Below are positions 18,838 through 28,169 of a DNA stretch of 64,000 bases, in pieces. Positions within the stretch are counted from its first letter, which is position 1, and each line of letters begins with the position of its first letter. Location of the stretch: NCBI GenBank assembly GCA_040772005.1, contig JAXGYZ010000011.1, forward strand, positions 45,228 through 109,227, given 5' to 3'. The stretch is from Anaerolineae bacterium. GTDB taxonomy: Bacteria > Chloroflexota > Anaerolineae > CG2-30-64-16. Below the pieces are notes generated by a model, which saw only the letters and a program-made list of their open reading frames with translations, had not been told where the DNA came from and did no database searches. The translations under genes were made by a program, and so were the position numbers.

Positions 18838-19092
18838 TCAGGCTGGCTGGCGCGCGAAGCGTGCAATCTTGACGAACATCTCCTCCAGCAGGAAGCGCAC
18901 GTCGAACGTTTCGTATATCCAGCGACTTGAAGATGACGTTCGCTGCATGGATATCATTGGACAGGTTGAACTCGCGGCCGCCAATGGGCCACGGGCCGCC
19001 GCCGATTCAGACCACGCGCGCGTTGCGCGTCTCAATGCGCGGCTCCCGCAGCAGCGCGGAGGCTATGCCGGTCAGCGGCCCGACGAACGCGA
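18838..19092 (-). pseudogene. Remnant (about 85 codons) of an inosine-uridine-preferring nucleoside hydrolase gene
   Basis: The minus-strand translation RVAFVGPLTGIASALLREPRIETRNARVV*IGGGPWPIGGREFNLSNDIHAANVIFKS matches the IUNH core (GPLTNIA...V.MGG...EFN...D..AA..VF). It contains an in-frame TGA and a later frameshift, has no N-terminal half, and is closed by TAA at the edge of the 19099 hairpin. Confidence 0.55.
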
Positions 19093-19098
19093 CGCGTT

Positions 19099-19149
19099 AC
19101 AAATCCGGTTTCCGTGCGAAGCATAGCTTCGCACGGAAACCGGATTTGT
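19099..19149. repeat. Perfect 24-bp-stem hairpin with a 3-nt loop
   Basis: acaaatccggtttccgtgcgaagc-ata-gcttcgcacggaaaccggatttgt. Confidence 0.85.
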
Positions 19150-19244
19150 GGGTCTGCTGACGGCCACGAGACCTGATGGCACGAGGCAGCGCTGAACACC
19201 GATATCTCCAGGGCGGTTTCAGAGTGCATCAGGTGAACCCACCC

Positions 19245-19345
19245 GGCAACTGAAGTTGCGGCTACCGTTGCGAAGTCTGCCTTCGCAGACTGGAAACTAA
19301 CCGACGCAGGTCGGTTTTGCAGTGGTAGCCGCAGTTTCAACTGCC
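19245..19345. repeat. 101-nt element predicted to fold as an outer stem plus two internal hairpins
   Basis: Outer arms ggcaactgaagttgcggctacc / ggtagccgcagtttcaactgcc (18/22). Inner hairpins gcgaag-tctgc-cttcgc and aaccgac-gcag-gtcggtt. A flanking 10-nt direct repeat cgatatctcc lies at 19200 and 19382. Confidence 0.6.
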
Positions 19346-19414
19346 AGGCAGAAGGCACGAGTGCAACATGATTTCGCCCTGCGATATCTCCCAGCCAAGT
19401 TGGGAAACGGCCGG

Positions 19415-19443
19415 TTGCATGTTATACTTGTGTGTCAGATTAT
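19415..19443 (+). promoter_or_regulatory. Candidate sigma70-type promoter for hypA
   Basis: TTGCAT-17 nt-GATTAT, just upstream of the GGAG and TTG start of hypA. Confidence 0.3.
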
Positions 19444-19458
19444 CTTTTGGAGCCGTTT

Positions 19459-19821
19459 TTGCACGAGTTATCCATTACCCAGGGCATCCTCGACATTGCG
19501 CTGGCCGCGGCGCGGGATGCGCACCTCGCCCGCGTGACAGCCGTCCATCTCGTCGTCGGTGACCTGAGCAGTATCGTGGACGACTCGGTGCAGTTCTACT
19601 TCGACCTGTTGAGCAAGGGCACCGCTGCTGAAGGGGCCAGCCTGACCTTCGAGCGGCGGCCCGCGATCCTGACCTGCGCGGCGTGCAGCCATACCTTTAC
19701 GGTCCGCCCACCGCTGCCGCCGGCCTGCCCGGCCTGTGGAGCTGCGCGGCTGCGCGTGACCGGCGGCCGCGAGTTGCGCGTCGAGAGCATCGAGGCGGAC
19801 GGGCAAGGACAGACAGAGTGA
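19459..19821 (+). CDS. hypA: Hydrogenase nickel-insertion protein HypA
   Basis: (M)HELSITQGILDIA at the N-terminus and a CxxC...CxxC zinc site (CAACSH...CPACG). TTG start at 19459 after GGAG. Confidence 0.85.
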   Translation: MHELSITQGILDIALAAARDAHLARVTAVHLVVGDLSSIVDDSVQFYFDLLSKGTAAEGASLTFERRPAILTCAACSHTFTVRPPLPPACPACGAARLRVTGGRELRVESIEADGQGQTE

Positions 19822-20474
19822 AAATCGACATCGCCAAGCGCATTTTGAGCGCGAACGATGAGGTCGCGGTCGAGAACCGCGCCTTTTTTGATAGCCACGG
19901 CATTCTCGCCATCAATATCATGGCCTCCCCGGGCGCAGGCAAGACCAGCCTTATCCTGGCGACTGCGCCGCGCTTGCCGGCTGACCTGCGCCCCGCGGTC
20001 ATCGAGGGCGACCTCGCGTCGAGCATCGACACGGATACCCTGCTTGCGAGCGGCATCCCCGCAGTCCAGATCAACACCGGCGGCAACTGTCACCTGGACG
20101 CGCCGATGGTGCGTGCCGCGCTGCCGCGGCTGCCTCTGGATATGACCTCTCTGCTGTTCATCGAGAACGTCGGCAATCTCGTCTGCCCCGCAGAGTTCGA
20201 CCTGGGCGCGCAGGCCGCAGTCGTCGTCGCCAGCGTGCCGGAAGGGCATGACAAGCCGTACAAGTACCCTGGCATGTTCGCGGCCGCGGACGCGGTGCTG
20301 CTCAACAAGGCGGACCTTATCGCGTACTTCGACTTCGACGTGGCGTATTTCCGCCGCGGACTGGACATGGTCAACCCCGATGCGCCGCTGTTTGTCGTTT
20401 CCTGCCGCAACGGCGACGGCCTGGACGCGTGGGTGGCGTGGCTCGCGCGTACGAAGTTGCAGGTTGAAAGTTGA
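19818..20474 (+). CDS. hypB: Hydrogenase nickel-incorporation GTPase HypB
   Basis: The GTG start overlaps the hypA stop (GTGA). P-loop SPGAGKTS, ENVGNLVCP, NKADL. Confidence 0.9.
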   Translation: MKIDIAKRILSANDEVAVENRAFFDSHGILAINIMASPGAGKTSLILATAPRLPADLRPAVIEGDLASSIDTDTLLASGIPAVQINTGGNCHLDAPMVRAALPRLPLDMTSLLFIENVGNLVCPAEFDLGAQAAVVVASVPEGHDKPYKYPGMFAAADAVLLNKADLIAYFDFDVAYFRRGLDMVNPDAPLFVVSCRNGDGLDAWVAWLARTKLQVES

Positions 20475-20550
20475 AAGTTCAGAGGACACAGGCTCATTGG
20501 ACGGAGTGAACGAGCAACCTGTAACCCTGCAATCTGAAACCAGCAACCGT

Positions 20551-22929
20551 ATGCGTTTGCGCGTCGAAATCCACGGTGCAGTGCAGGGGGTCGGCTTCCG
20601 GCCCTTCGTCTACCGGCTTGCAACGGAGCTGGGGCTGGCCGGTTGGGTCATTAACGACACACGGGGCGTGTTCATCGAGGTCGAGGGCGCGGCCCCGGTG
20701 CTCGAAACGTTTCTGGCGCGGCTGCCGCATGAGGTGCCCCCACGCGCAATCGTGCAGGCCCTGGACCACGCGTGGCTGGCGCCTGCGGGCTATTCCCGGT
20801 TCGAGATTCGTCACAGTGACCAGGGTGGGGCCAAGACCGCGCTCGTGCTGCCCGATGTGGCTGCCTGCCCGGAGTGCCTCGCAGAGGTGGCCGACCCGGC
20901 CAACCGCCGCCATCGTTACCCGTTTACGAACTGCACCAACTGTGGCCCCCGCTTCAGCATCATCGAGGCGCTGCCCTACGACCGGCCCAACACGACGATG
21001 CGCCGCTTCACGTTGTGCCCTGCGTGTCGGGCGGAGTACGATGACCCTGTCAACCGCCGGTTTCACGCGCAGCCCAATGCGTGCCCCATCTGTGGGCCGC
21101 AACTGGCGTGGATCGAGCGTGCGAAGGGCAGTGATCCTTCGACTGGCGTCGTCTTGTCGGGTGCGTTGAGCCGTCCACCCGCCCAGGACGGTGCGTATCG
21201 CACGACCGCACGCGGGGATGCCGCGCGGCGCAGCGCGGCAGAGGCGTTGGCCGCGGGGCAGATTGTCGCGGTCAAGGGGCTGGGCGGCTTTCATCTGATG
21301 GCCGACGCGCAGGATGCTCGTGCAACGGGCCGGCTGCGTGAGCTGAAGCGCCGGGGCGACAAGCCGTTCGCAGTCATGGCTCCGACCCTCGCCTGGGTGC
21401 GAGAGCATTGCGAGACGCCGCCTGCTGCTGAGACGCTGCTGACGTCCGCTGAAGCGCCCATCGTCCTGCTGCGCAAGACCGGCGCCGCGGGGGTGGCCGA
21501 GGCCGTCGCGCCGGGCAACCCATCGCTGGGCGTGATGCTGCCGTACACGCCGCTGCACCGTCTGCTGCTGGACGAGGTGGGTTTCCCGGTCGTGGCGACG
21601 AGCGGCAACCTGACAGACGAGCCCATCTGCACCGATGAGGCGGAGGCGCTGGACCGGCTGGGCGGCATCGCAGATGGCTTCCTGGTCCACGACCGGCCCA
21701 TCACCCGGCACGTGGATGACAGCGTGGCGTGGATCGTGGACGGCACGCCGCGGCTGCTGCGCCGCGCGCGGGGCTATGCGCCGCTGCCCGTGCTGCTGCC
21801 CGCGCCTGCGCCGGCCATCCTGGCTGTCGGCGCGCACCTGAAGAACACGGTCGCGCTGAGCGTGGGCCGGCAGGTGTTTATCAGCCAGCACATCGGCGAT
21901 CTCGAGACGCCGGAGGCACTGGCCGCGTTCGAGCGGGTCATCGCGGACTTCCTGCGGCTGTACGAGGTCGCGCCGGTCGCGATCGCACATGACATGCACC
22001 CGGATTACCAGTCGACGCGCTGGGCGCGCGAGGCTGCGGCGGCATCGGATACGAGCTGGCGTGATGTGCCGCGCATTGCCGTCCAGCACCACCACGCGCA
22101 CCTGGCCGCCTGTCTGGCCGAGAACCATGTCGCGGACCGTGCGTTGGGTGTGACATGGGACGGCACCGGGTATGGTCCCGACGGCACGATCTGGGGCGGG
22201 GAGTTCCTGCTTGGTGACGCGGCGGGCTACACGCGCGTCGCGCGCCTCCGCCCGTTCCGGCTGCCGGGGGGTGATGCCGCGGTGTATGAGCCGCGACGGG
22301 TCGCGCTCGCGCTGCTGTACGAGTTGTACGGCGACGCGGCCTTCGAGATGGACCTGGTGCCAGTCCGTGCATTCAGTGCGGGCGAGCGCCGCGTGTTCCG
22401 GCAGATGCTCGCGCGCGGGGTCAACGCACCGCTGACCACCAGCATGGGGCGCTTATTCGACGGTGTTGCTGCACTCGTGGGCTTGCGCCAACAGGTGTCG
22501 TTCGAAGGGCAGGCCGCGATGGCGCTGGAGTTCGCCGCGGACTCGGATGAAGCGGCCGCGTATCCGTTGGCCCTCGTCACCGGGACAGGTGACGCTCGGC
22601 TGCTGGATTGGGGGCCGGCTGTGGAGGCGTTGCTGACGGACGTGGCGGCAGGCGAGCCGGTGGGCCGCATGTCTGCACGGTTCCACAACGGGCTGGTCGC
22701 CGCAATCGCGGACGTGGTGCGTGCGACCGGGGAGCGGCGCGTCGCGCTGACGGGGGGCTGTTTCCAGAACCGGCTGCTGACCGAACGCGCGTGCGCCGCG
22801 CTGGCGGATGCGGGCTGCGAGGTGCTGCTGCACCGGCAGACGCCGCCGAACGATGGCTGCATCAGCCTCGGGCAGCTCGCGGTCGCTGCCGCCAGATTGG
22901 ATTTAGCTGCAGAAAGCGCAGAGGCGTAG
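20551..22929 (+). CDS. hypF: Carbamoyltransferase HypF
   Basis: Acylphosphatase N-terminus VQGVGFRPFVYRLA. Two zinc fingers: CPECLAEV...TNCTNCGPRFSII and CPACRAEY...CPICGP. YrdC-like and Kae1-like parts are also present. Confidence 0.92.
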   Translation: MRLRVEIHGAVQGVGFRPFVYRLATELGLAGWVINDTRGVFIEVEGAAPVLETFLARLPHEVPPRAIVQALDHAWLAPAGYSRFEIRHSDQGGAKTALVLPDVAACPECLAEVADPANRRHRYPFTNCTNCGPRFSIIEALPYDRPNTTMRRFTLCPACRAEYDDPVNRRFHAQPNACPICGPQLAWIERAKGSDPSTGVVLSGALSRPPAQDGAYRTTARGDAARRSAAEALAAGQIVAVKGLGGFHLMADAQDARATGRLRELKRRGDKPFAVMAPTLAWVREHCETPPAAETLLTSAEAPIVLLRKTGAAGVAEAVAPGNPSLGVMLPYTPLHRLLLDEVGFPVVATSGNLTDEPICTDEAEALDRLGGIADGFLVHDRPITRHVDDSVAWIVDGTPRLLRRARGYAPLPVLLPAPAPAILAVGAHLKNTVALSVGRQVFISQHIGDLETPEALAAFERVIADFLRLYEVAPVAIAHDMHPDYQSTRWAREAAAASDTSWRDVPRIAVQHHHAHLAACLAENHVADRALGVTWDGTGYGPDGTIWGGEFLLGDAAGYTRVARLRPFRLPGGDAAVYEPRRVALALLYELYGDAAFEMDLVPVRAFSAGERRVFRQMLARGVNAPLTTSMGRLFDGVAALVGLRQQVSFEGQAAMALEFAADSDEAAAYPLALVTGTGDARLLDWGPAVEALLTDVAAGEPVGRMSARFHNGLVAAIADVVRATGERRVALTGGCFQNRLLTERACAALADAGCEVLLHRQTPPNDGCISLGQLAVAAARLDLAAESAEA

Positions 22930-22979
22930 CAAGCCTCTGCGTTCGCTGGACCCTGCGGCTCAACTTATGGAGTGGGAAT

Positions 22980-23222
22980 ATGTGCCTGGGTGTGCCCGGG
23001 AAGATACTTGAGATAACCCCCGGTCTGCCGGGGATGCCGATGGGCCGTGTGAGCTTCGGCGGGGTCGCCAAGGAGGTCTGTCTTGCCTATGTGCCGGAGG
23101 CCGCAGTCGGTGATTACGTGATCGTGCATGCGGGATTTGCGTTGAACACCCTCGACGCGGAGGAGGCGCAGGAAGTCTTCGAACTGCTGCGGCAGATGGG
23201 CGAGCTGGACGAGGCTGTCTGA
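22980..23222 (+). CDS. hypC: Hydrogenase assembly chaperone HypC
   Basis: [13 protein letters not shown]-terminus (essential Cys2), 80 aa. Confidence 0.9.
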   Translation: MCLGVPGKILEITPGLPGMPMGRVSFGGVAKEVCLAYVPEAAVGDYVIVHAGFALNTLDAEEAQEVFELLRQMGELDEAV

Positions 23223-24331
23223 TGCGCTACATGGATGAGTACCGCCGCGAGACGGATGCACGCAAGTTCGTGCAAGCGATTCGCCGCGCGACGACGCGCC
23301 CCTGGACGATCATGGAGATTTGCGGCGGGCAGACGCACACGCTGATCCGGTCCGGCATCGACCAGTTGCTGCCCGATGCGCTGACGCTTGTCCACGGGCC
23401 GGGCTGCCCGGTCTGCGTCACTCCACTGGAACTGATCGACCGCGCCATCGCCATCGCGCAGCGGCCCGAGGTCATCTTCACATCCTTCGGGGACATGCTG
23501 CGCGTGCCCGGCTCCACGACCGACCTGCTCAGCGTCAAGGCACAGGGCGGCGACGTGCGCATGGTCTACTCGCCGCTCGACGCACTCATGCTCGCGCAGA
23601 AGCACCCCGACCGGCAGGTCGTCTTTTTCGCGGTCGGCTTCGAGACCACCGCGCCCGGCAACGCGATAGCCGTCTGGCAGGCGCGGCAACTGGGGCTGGC
23701 TAACTTTTCGATCCTTTGTTCGCATGTGCTCGTGCCGCCCGCGATGGAGGCAATTCTGAGCGCCGGGGCTGCCGAAGGTGAGCACGGAAACCGGGTGCAG
23801 GGCTTCCTCGCGGCGGGTCACGTCTGCACGGTCATGGGCTATCGCGAGTATGAGCCGATTGCCGCGCGCTACTGCGTGCCGATCGTTGTGACCGGTTTCG
23901 AGCCGCTGGACCTGCTGCAGGGCATCTACATGACGGTGCAGGCGCTGGAGGCGGGCCGCTACGACGTGCAGAACCAGTATGCCCGCGCGGTCACCCGTGA
24001 CGGCAACCGTGCCGCGCAGGAACTCATCGGCAAGGTCTTCGAGGTCACGGACCGCCAGTGGCGCGGCATCGGGCTGATTCCCGCCAGCGGCTACCGGCTC
24101 CGCGCGGAGCTGGCCGATTTCGACGCGGAGCGCCGGTTCGGGGTCGCGGATATCACCGCGCCGGAGTCTTCGGTTTGCATTGCGGGCGAGATTCTGAAGG
24201 GCCATCGCAAGCCGCACGACTGCCCGGCCTTCGGCACGCTCTGCACGCCCGAACATCCGCTCGGCGCGCCCATGGTGTCCAGCGAAGGGGCCTGCGCCGC
24301 CTACTATACGTATAGGTCTGCCCAGCCGTGA
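23222..24331 (+). CDS. hypD: Hydrogenase formation protein HypD
   Basis: ATG overlaps the hypC stop. [36 protein letters not shown]. Confidence 0.92.
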   Translation: MRYMDEYRRETDARKFVQAIRRATTRPWTIMEICGGQTHTLIRSGIDQLLPDALTLVHGPGCPVCVTPLELIDRAIAIAQRPEVIFTSFGDMLRVPGSTTDLLSVKAQGGDVRMVYSPLDALMLAQKHPDRQVVFFAVGFETTAPGNAIAVWQARQLGLANFSILCSHVLVPPAMEAILSAGAAEGEHGNRVQGFLAAGHVCTVMGYREYEPIAARYCVPIVVTGFEPLDLLQGIYMTVQALEAGRYDVQNQYARAVTRDGNRAAQELIGKVFEVTDRQWRGIGLIPASGYRLRAELADFDAERRFGVADITAPESSVCIAGEILKGHRKPHDCPAFGTLCTPEHPLGAPMVSSEGACAAYYTYRSAQP

Positions 24332-25431
24332 ATCTTCAATCTTCAATCTTCAATCTGCAATGTCCCATCCCGCTCAGCGAGTATCCTACCGTCACCCTGG
24401 CGCACGGGGGCGGCGGTCGCCTCACGCAGATGCTGATCGAGCGCATGTTTGTGCCCGCGTTCGGCCGCGGAGGGCAGGCCGCGCTGCATGATGGGGCGGT
24501 GGTGGACCTCACCCCCCTGCCCCGCTTTCCTACTCCGGTGGGAGAGGGGGCCAGCGGGTTGAGGCTGGCCTTCTCCACCGATTCCTTCGTGGTCAGCCCG
24601 CGGTTTTTCCCCGGCGGCGACATCGGGTCGCTTGCCGTGCACGGGACGGTGAACGACCTCGCGATGTGCGGCGCGCAGCCGGCCGCGCTCTCCGTCGGGT
24701 TCATCCTCGAGGAGGGGCTGCCGATGGATGAGTTGTGGCGCATCGTCACTGCGCTGGCGGCCGCAGCGCAGGCCGTGGGTGTGCCGGTTGCGACCGGCGA
24801 CACGAAGGTCGTGGACCGAGGCAAGGGAGACGGCATCTACATCAACACGACCGGCATCGGCCTGATTCCCGCGGGCGTGCACATCTCGCCGCTGCGCGCG
24901 CAGCCGGGTGACGTGGTGCTCGTCAGCGGGCGCATCGCGGATCACGGCATGGCGATCATGTCGGTGCGCGAGGGACTGGCGTTCGAGACGGAGCTGGTGA
25001 GTGATTCTGCGCCTCTGCACGGGCTGGTGGCTGAAGTGCTCAGGGCCGGCGGAGACAGCGTTCACGTGCTGCGCGACCCGACCCGCGGGGGCGTCGCAAG
25101 CGCGCTCAATGAAATTGCGCAGGCCGCGCAGGTGGGGATCCGGCTGGTGGAAGCAGCCATTCCGGTCGGTGACGCAGTACGCGGCGCGTGCGAGATCCTC
25201 GGGCTGGACCCACTCTACGTGGCGAACGAGGGGAAGTGTCTTGCTATCGTTGCGCGGGAGGATGCGGACGCGGTGCTGGCCGCGCTGCGGGGCCATCCGC
25301 TGGGCCGCGAGGCCGCGGTCATCGGAGAGGTGGTCGCGGAGCACCCCCGCAAGGTCGTCATGCGCTCGCGCATCGGCGGCCAGCGCATCGTGGACTTGTT
25401 GAGCGGCGAGCAGTTGCCGCGGATCTGCTGA
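24328..25431 (+). CDS. hypE: Hydrogenase maturation protein HypE
   Basis: The GTG start overlaps the hypD stop (GTGA). LAHGGGGR; AIR-synthase-like fold; C-terminal PRIC. Confidence 0.9.
   Translation: MNLQSSIFNLQCPIPLSEYPTVTLAHGGGGRLTQMLIERMFVPAFGRGGQAALHDGAVVDLTPLPRFPTPVGEGASGLRLAFSTDSFVVSPRFFPGGDIGSLAVHGTVNDLAMCGAQPAALSVGFILEEGLPMDELWRIVTALAAAAQAVGVPVATGDTKVVDRGKGDGIYINTTGIGLIPAGVHISPLRAQPGDVVLVSGRIADHGMAIMSVREGLAFETELVSDSAPLHGLVAEVLRAGGDSVHVLRDPTRGGVASALNEIAQAAQVGIRLVEAAIPVGDAVRGACEILGLDPLYVANEGKCLAIVAREDADAVLAALRGHPLGREAAVIGEVVAEHPRKVVMRSRIGGQRIVDLLSGEQLPRIC
24331..24358 (+). repeat. Heptamer tandem repeat (AATCTTC x3 + AATCTGC) inside the first 10 codons of hypE
   Basis: Read directly: aatcttcaatcttcaatcttcaatctgc. 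Confidence 0.9.
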
Positions 25432-25473
25432 TCCGTCAGACGGCAAGGCTTAAGGGTTGTACTGCCGGCCGGT

Positions 25474-25953
25474 CTACACCCCGAATCTGCCCCACAGTTC
25501 CTCAACTACCTGCCGGACACCCTCCGCGGTCGCCGGACTGATCTCGGTGGTGAAGTCGAACGCGAACCCGCGCACAGAGATCAGCTCCGCGGTCGGCGCG
25601 CGGCCGTAGAGTTCGCCTGCCAGCGCCAGCAAGGTGCCAGGCTTGAAGTGGTGGGAGACGATGGCGGGGGCGTTCTCCGGGTCCAGCGGAGTCACGTGGA
25701 CCAGCTCAGGGTACAGGCCGAAGTGTGCATCCACCAGGCAAACGTGATCGTAGTCGATCAGCGTCTCGGCCAGCTCCGGGCTGAGCTGCTGGAGGAACAG
25801 CGTATCGAGGGACCCACCCAGGTCGTTGAACCCATCGTCGCCTTCTTCAAGCAGCGGTTGGCCCGCGGCCGCGCGCAGTCCATTCACGACTGCCAGTCCC
25901 ACGCCATCGTCCTGGCGGCTGGGGTTGCCATATCCGATGATCAGTACGCGCAT
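25474..25953 (-). CDS. hoxW: Hydrogenase maturation endopeptidase (HoxW/HyaD family)
   Basis: MRVLIIGYGNPSRQDDGVG N-terminus, about 160 aa, downstream of the large subunit gene. Confidence 0.85.
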   Translation of the reverse strand: MRVLIIGYGNPSRQDDGVGLAVVNGLRAAAGQPLLEEGDDGFNDLGGSLDTLFLQQLSPELAETLIDYDHVCLVDAHFGLYPELVHVTPLDPENAPAIVSHHFKPGTLLALAGELYGRAPTAELISVRGFAFDFTTEISPATAEGVRQVVEELWGRFGV

Positions 25954-26136
25954 ATGCCTACCCATGTGTGCGGACAACTGCGGGTCGCCGCCATATAACA
26001 AGCGTCGGGGCGACCGCAGGGCGCCCCGACAGCATCCGTTTATCTGCTCTGTGCGTGACGTTGACCGCTCAAGCTGTGGCTCGGTTGTGCAACCTTTGGT
26101 TGCCGAAACCGGCTACAGCCATCCTCAGTCAAATGC

Positions 26137-27561
26137 CTATTCGCGCATCACCCGGTTAACTTCGTCGCCGCTCGCGTCGTAAACGACGACTTCCAGCGGC
26201 ATCTGCCCCAGCGCGTGCGTGGAGCAGGACAGACACGGGTCATACGCGCGGATCGCGGCCTCGATGCGGTTGAGCTGCCCCTCGGTGACGTTCTTGCCGT
26301 CCACGTAGGTCTTCGCCACCGAGTCCACGGCTTTGCTCATCGCCCAGTTGTTATTGCCCGTCGCAACGATCAGGTTCACCTTTTCGAGCCGGCCGTTCTC
26401 GTCCACCCAGTAGTGGTGCCACAGGGTCCCGCGCGGGGCCTCGATGACGCCGACGCCCTCGGCGTTCGTCACGGGCCGGTGGTCCTGGATGTCGGTGCTG
26501 AGCACATCCGGGTCGAGCAGGATTTCCTTCACGCGCTCCGCCGCGTACAGGTCCTCGATCAGGCGCGCGTAGTGATAGTATAGCGTCCCTTCGACGACCT
26601 GCCCGTCGCGCACCTGCTGGAAGACCTCGTATTCGGCCTGCGCGAGCGGGGTCGCCATCCGCTCCGCCGCGTTCAGCCGGCCCAGCGGACCGACGCGGTA
26701 TACGCCATCCGGCCAGCCAAGCGCTTTGTAGTACGGGAACTTCAGGTAAGTCCACGGCTCCACGCGTTCCCCGATGTAGTCGAGGTAGTCATGGCCGTCG
26801 AAGCGGTTGATGAACTGCCGCTGCTTGTCCACGATACGGATATCGCCGTCGTAGAGTTGCAGGGCGTTGTTCTCATCGACCATGCCCAGGTAGTTCGTCG
26901 CGAACACGCCGAACTTGTTCAGGTCCTCCAGGTTTGCGGCCATCCAACCCTTGATGACGCTGAGGCCGATCTGGATATCCGCGATGACGCCGTCGATGCC
27001 GCCCAGCAGTGCATCGCGGTTAGTCAGGCTGAGCGTCTGGTTGACGCCGCCCGGCACTGCGAAGTTCGGGTGGACGCGGCGTCCGCCCAGCCGTGCGATG
27101 ATGTCCTGGCCGTACTTGCGCAGACCGATGGCCTTGACGGTGAGCTCAGGATTCGCGTTGTACAGGCCGACCACGTTGCGCACTTTCGGGTCGCAGTCGA
27201 ACCCCAGCAGCAAATCCGGGCCGCCCAGCTCGAAGATGTGCATCGAGTGGGACTGGATAATCTGCCCCATGTGCATCAGCTCGCGCAGCAGTTGCGCAGG
27301 CCGCGGCACCTGCGCGCCCACGATGGCGTCACACGCCTTCGCGCTCGCCAGGTGATGGCTGACCGGGCAGATGCCGCAAATGCGCTCGGTGATGAGCGGC
27401 ATCTCGAAGAACAAGCGTCCTTCGCAGAACTTTTCGAATCCGCGGAACTCGTTGACGTGAAAGACAGCCTTCTCCACCTGGCCCTGGTCGTCCAGGTACA
27501 CGCCGACCTTGGCATGCCCTTCGATACGGGTGACCGGCTCGATCATGATTTTCTGTGCCAT
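26137..27561 (-). CDS. hoxH: [NiFe]-hydrogenase large subunit, bidirectional NAD(P)-linked (group 3d-like) HoxH
   Basis: N-terminal RIEGH, L1 motif [12 protein letters not shown]-terminal DPCLSCSTH followed by a cleavable extension. Confidence 0.9.
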   Translation of the reverse strand: MAQKIMIEPVTRIEGHAKVGVYLDDQGQVEKAVFHVNEFRGFEKFCEGRLFFEMPLITERICGICPVSHHLASAKACDAIVGAQVPRPAQLLRELMHMGQIIQSHSMHIFELGGPDLLLGFDCDPKVRNVVGLYNANPELTVKAIGLRKYGQDIIARLGGRRVHPNFAVPGGVNQTLSLTNRDALLGGIDGVIADIQIGLSVIKGWMAANLEDLNKFGVFATNYLGMVDENNALQLYDGDIRIVDKQRQFINRFDGHDYLDYIGERVEPWTYLKFPYYKALGWPDGVYRVGPLGRLNAAERMATPLAQAEYEVFQQVRDGQVVEGTLYYHYARLIEDLYAAERVKEILLDPDVLSTDIQDHRPVTNAEGVGVIEAPRGTLWHHYWVDENGRLEKVNLIVATGNNNWAMSKAVDSVAKTYVDGKNVTEGQLNRIEAAIRAYDPCLSCSTHALGQMPLEVVVYDASGDEVNRVMRE

Positions 27562-27569
27562 ATGCCCTC

Positions 27570-28139
27570 TCAGTGCCAGTCCAGGAATTTGCCCTTGACC
27601 TCGGGCATCCGGCCGTTCGCCAGTTCCGACAAGACGTGGAAGATTGCGTCCGCGCTCGGCGCGCAGCCGGGGAGGTAGATGTCCACCGGTACGACTGCGT
27701 CCACGGGCCGCGTCTCTTGCATGACGGCGATGTCAGGATGGTCAGGAATCTGTCCATCCACTGTGCTCTCGCTCTCTACATAGGCGCGACATAGCGCTTC
27801 CTGGATGCCGCAGGTGTTGCGCATCGCAGGCACGCCGCCGAAGACTGCGCAATCGCCCAGCGCTACCAGAATCTTGGATCGCGCGCGCATCATTTTGGCG
27901 ACGGCCTCGGTCGCAGAGTTGTTGATGCCCCCCTCCAGGATGCCGACTGTGACACCCTCCTCAGGGGGATGTTTCAGGTCAGTCACCGGGGTTGACCAGA
28001 GCGTCGCAGCCTCGATAATGTCTACGATGCGCTCGTCGATATCCAGGAGGGACATATGGCAGCCCGCGCAGCCGGTCAGCCAGTCGCTGGCGACTGTGGG
28101 CTTGCTGCCGTTTCCGTTCCCCTGTTCGTGTTCAGCCAT
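27570..28139 (-). CDS. hoxY: [NiFe]-hydrogenase small subunit HoxY
   Basis: LTGCAGCHMSLLD (proximal-cluster Cys pair), GDCA, PGCAPS. The short 189-aa form is typical of group 3. Confidence 0.85.
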   Translation of the reverse strand: MAEHEQGNGNGSKPTVASDWLTGCAGCHMSLLDIDERIVDIIEAATLWSTPVTDLKHPPEEGVTVGILEGGINNSATEAVAKMMRARSKILVALGDCAVFGGVPAMRNTCGIQEALCRAYVESESTVDGQIPDHPDIAVMQETRPVDAVVPVDIYLPGCAPSADAIFHVLSELANGRMPEVKGKFLDWH

Positions 28140-28169
28140 TTGGGCCTGCTCCTTTCTTGGCTTCGCCGC

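Noticed and set aside
18838-19035. 65-aa ORF as a real small gene, or the in-frame TGA at about 19002 as selenocysteine recoding.
   Set aside because: The similarity to nucleoside hydrolases runs through two frames and a stop, and lacks both gene ends. Decay explains this better than recoding, and no SECIS-like hairpin follows the TGA.
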